This document shows, piece after piece, positions 60,439 through 64,000 of a stretch of 64,000 nt of DNA. The position numbers and the translations under genes are program-made. How positions within the stretch are numbered: the first letter of the stretch is position 1; each line of letters begins with the position of its first letter. This stretch comes from Amphiscolops sp. MND2022 (lineage: Eukaryota), in assembly GCA_964187785.1 (NCBI GenBank), contig OZ076409.1, positions 78,618,001-78,682,000 of the forward strand, read 5' to 3'. Below the pieces are notes generated by a model. The model was not told where the DNA came from, made no database searches, and worked only from the letters and a program-made list of their open reading frames with translations.

Positions 60439-61142
60439 CAAGTCGTTCATCCTTAGCTTAGTGGGATGATCACTGACAAAGAACAAGGCATTTGGCGGAG
60501 AAAAGCAAAAATAAAAAAAGCAGCGGTGAACAATCGCATCTTTGTGACCTTGAGCCAATCACTTTGAAATCACAGCACTTGAAAAATCAGTTCTTGATTT
60601 TGGTCTTTTAATCGTTTGTTCGTAACGGACTATTTGAAACGCTTAATAATCAACTCACATACATCAAAGCATGCTTCAAGTCTTTGTAAATAAATAAGAT
60701 AACAGGAGCGGTTTTTTATTTATGCCTATGGTATCAAAATTGCAGTAAACTAAATGTGCTTCCCGTTTATGAGAACAGAAAGTAAGTCCAGTTTAGTATA
60801 AGCATTCCAAAATCCATTTTACAAAGATTTTAGACGGCGTAGACCAAAAAAAGGAAAGTTCATCTCCTTGATTCCGCGGGGTGGACGCCAAAAAATACAG
60901 TTCTGCTTTTCTAAGTCGGCGCCTTTTCAGATACGCAGAAAGCTTTAGTACCATATTTGCACCCAAGTAGTCCAGCAATGGTCAACTTGGAATATTGGTT
61001 TGAAGCTGTGGTTTCAAAGTGATTGGCTCAAGGTCACAAAGATGCGATTGTTCACCGCTGCTTTTTTAATTTCTGCTTTTCTCCGCCAAATGCCTTGTTC
61101 CTTGTCACTGATCATCCCACTAAGCTAAGGATGAACGACTTG
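60439..61142. mobile_element. MITE/foldback-type element with ~135-bp terminal inverted repeats
   Basis: caagtcgttcatccttagcttagtgggatgatca...cactttgaaa is mirrored at 61005-61142; no clean TSD. Confidence 0.7.
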
Positions 61143-63183
61143 CTTAAGACCCAATAATCGTGAGTTGGGAAAGATACCAATAAAACAAGATTTTTTTCGG
61201 GAATCAGTTACACTTCTTGCAATAGTTATAGCCTTACTTTAGTTGATACACGATGACATCACAGATAAAAACTGAACTCCTCAGTTAAAATGTACAAGGT
61301 TGAAAAATTTTATGTCATTCTCTTAAATTAGGATGTCTTACGCCAAAGTCTCCTTAGTTAAAATCTCCCGTATTATGAAATTATGATTAGCTACGTTCGT
61401 ATACCAATAGTGACCTAAATGCAGGACCGAAGCGAATAAGAGAGACGTGCCATTACTTTACCAGCGCGAGCGACTGGTTTTACGAAGGCGGAGCTGAAGA
61501 AGTGCGAAGCACCTCTGGGGAAGGAACACCGAGTGATACAACCAGTGCTTTGATTTCATTCGATTGAGAAGAACTTAACCTAGGAGCTTTTGACGTGGAA
61601 GATTTCAACATGGATGACACTGTTACATAACAAGTATCGCAAGCGAAAACTATGAAAGCTCATTATATTCTTTTACAAGCATTTGACAACAAAATTCATG
61701 AGCAAAATTTCGTCCAGATTTTGGGCAGAATTACGATGTTCTCTTCGGTTTCCAAAGCGAATCAAGTTTTAAACAAAAGCTGTTTCACATTGTATATTGT
61801 CGTTTTGGAACTTTGAAATTAGCAATATTTCGAAAATCACTGTTCTGAAAAAAAACTTTCCGGGATTATTTTTGAAGCTTTGGTATATTTTACTAAGTCG
61901 TTTTTTCTGACAAACTGGTTTCTCAAGAAAATGAACAGCTAATTGAAAAACAGTTCTAATTTCATGGATACACTACAGTAAATTTGTCGAGTAAAAACTG
62001 AACTGTATTTACTGTTTCAGACTTTTAAGCTATGTAATAATTAAACGACAGCGTTTCCAGAAAACGTGTTGGCTTAAAAACTTACAGGTCAGAGTCGTAG
62101 GTACAGGATGTGTGTTGGTATTTTCCGTTGTTAATAGTGGTTTGCGAGATAATGCGTGATATTTTTTTAAATACGATACCAAACACTTCTTTGATTCCAA
62201 AACAAAAAACACTTCTGTAAATAATCGAAAATCCAAAGGTTTTTGCTCATGAGTTTTTGTCAAATGAAAATATAAAATCTTAGTGTGCTTTCAAATATTT
62301 CGCTGGTAAGTTTGAGTGTTTTAGTTTTTCGCTACCCTTGTCTTCTCAATTAAACTAACCAAGAGAACAAGTTAGCAATTAAAATGGTTTCGTTCATAGA
62401 ATGGAACAATGAATTCACAAGGGTTAATAATGTTGGTTGCCGCCAATGAGTGTTAGAATGCCAGAATCATATGGGCTACATATTCAGAGCCTGTACAGAT
62501 CACTGGTACTTTCTTCGATTTTTCGATCTTTTTTTCGACGTTCCTGCTAGGTATTCTGATCTTACTAGTATCAAGAAAATAGCCATGTAATCCATTGCTG
62601 GCTATGGACACCATCTCATGAAACGCCATGAAAAGCTAAGGTTATCTAATCGAACTTTGAATTGAACTTAATTGGTGATTTTGGCAACCCGTGAATGATA
62701 TGATTATGTACAGATCGAATATTTATGTCCTCACCATCTGTGACGTATTTCAATATACGTATTTCAAGTCGTCGGCTTTTGTTAAGCACTAATCATTTTG
62801 AAAACGTGACGTGATAGCGTTTGAAGACATTGGCGAAATAGATACGCATGTTGGGTTGTGAAAACAAAACCATTACGCAATTGTTTTGAAAACATTAAAC
62901 TTGTCATTGTGAAATTATTTAGGAGGCCGTTGCTTATGAGAATTGCTGGCGTGCAATTAGGAAAGGTAAACCGGAATAACAGAACATTTGTGGGGCACTT
63001 TGCGGATATGTACAAGAAAATAATCTTATCTGAAGGTAGAAGAGACTCCCAGCGAAGGCGGATCTGATTTAATAACACAAGCACGCATGAACAGTTTAGG
63101 AGCGTTTGAAGCTCAAGTCAGAAGATCTCGGATTAGGAAACGTTAGATAAACATGAAAAACTCGGGATTGTTTCACATGCACC

Positions 63184-64000
63184 TGTTACGACTATTTATC
63201 GGGGTGATTTTTCGATTAGTCGCAGTGGTTTTATTTTTGATTGGTGTCGAAGTTATGTTTTCCGGAATATTTTCGGACTCAGAATCTGTTTCTTCAGCAG
63301 TAGCTGTGACAGTTTGTTTTTTAACAGGAGCAGCTATTAGTTTTAACATCTCCTTTTGATTTTCGGCTAAAATTTTGGTGAGATCAGACATGATTTCCTT
63401 TCTTAGTGAAGACTTGATTTCCTCTAGATTTTCAGTGGTTACTCTAGGAGATTTACTTGACCCCGCTACGGGATTTAGGTTTTGATTAACCTCAGTTATT
63501 GGGGTCTCCATTTCGGTGGAAACTAGTTCTTCAACAGCTTTTCTCTTCTGGCATCTAGTAGTCATTTTAGATAGAGCGAGAGAGAGGTTGTTCTTTGGAA
63601 AAATTTGAATTCTTCAAAGAAATATGGTTTTCGAAACGAAGTATTAACGGAGTAGTCTAGGAAACAGATTAACTTATTTTAAAAATCCCTAGGTATATAT
63701 ACTTTCACAGCATCATTTGTTCCTCACCTAAAAATTCCTAGGAATCCTTAAAATCGGTTTTGTTCAACAAAAATGCTTAATCATCGTTATTATTTCAACC
63801 CCTTTATTACTTGTTCATGATTTAAAATTCCTAGTCACGGATCCCTTACGGAGTACTTGTTGAAATCATTTTTGTTCATTAACATCATTTCCGGTTTGAT
63901 CGCGGAAAAGGCGGCAAAACAAGTGTCTAGTTGAAACTTTATCGCGGAAAGCACGCGGGCGTGAACGATGATTCACTTTACGAGCAGTAAACTTTCAACT
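63184..64000 (-). repeat. Probable end of a 3' or solo LTR of a third related Gypsy family, containing a gag N-terminus (63565-63184)
   Basis: ORF starts MTTRCQKRKA (cf. MPTTRKQKKA / MPSTRRQKAK); has an acidic/coiled-coil profile; reaches ...CGTAACA with no PBS after it, then stops in flanking DNA. Confidence 0.55.

Overview
Eukaryotic, metazoan-type DNA dominated by nested LTR retrotransposons around two exons of a minus-strand Cys-loop ligand-gated ion channel gene. Element A (1-3641, minus, truncated by the window edge) and element B (37552-59691, plus, TSD CTGTT) are related Ty3/Gypsy elements. Both have long (1.6-1.75 kb) LTRs containing the first ~185-190 codons of gag, gag reading through the PBS, and a conserved A_AAA_AAC -1 gag-pol frameshift. 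B also carries a ~1260-codon antisense gene with four GT-AG introns, resembling an inactive hAT/BED-finger transposase, and a 261-aa sense ORF that ends inside the 3' LTR where a polypurine tract would be expected. B is interrupted by a very young BEL/Pao-like non-autonomous element C (48912-54980, TSD GGCAC). Element D (13375-32057, 18.7 kb, 728-bp LTRs) is a Gypsy whose Pol appears to end in two TARG1/OARD1-like macrodomains. It also has an extra ~1435-codon ORF with a degenerate SGNH-fold domain. A further LTR with a gag N-terminus starts at 63184 (minus). Also present are several MITE-type elements, one holding a ~180-bp higher-order satellite. Domain calls are by-eye motif alignments, not database hits.
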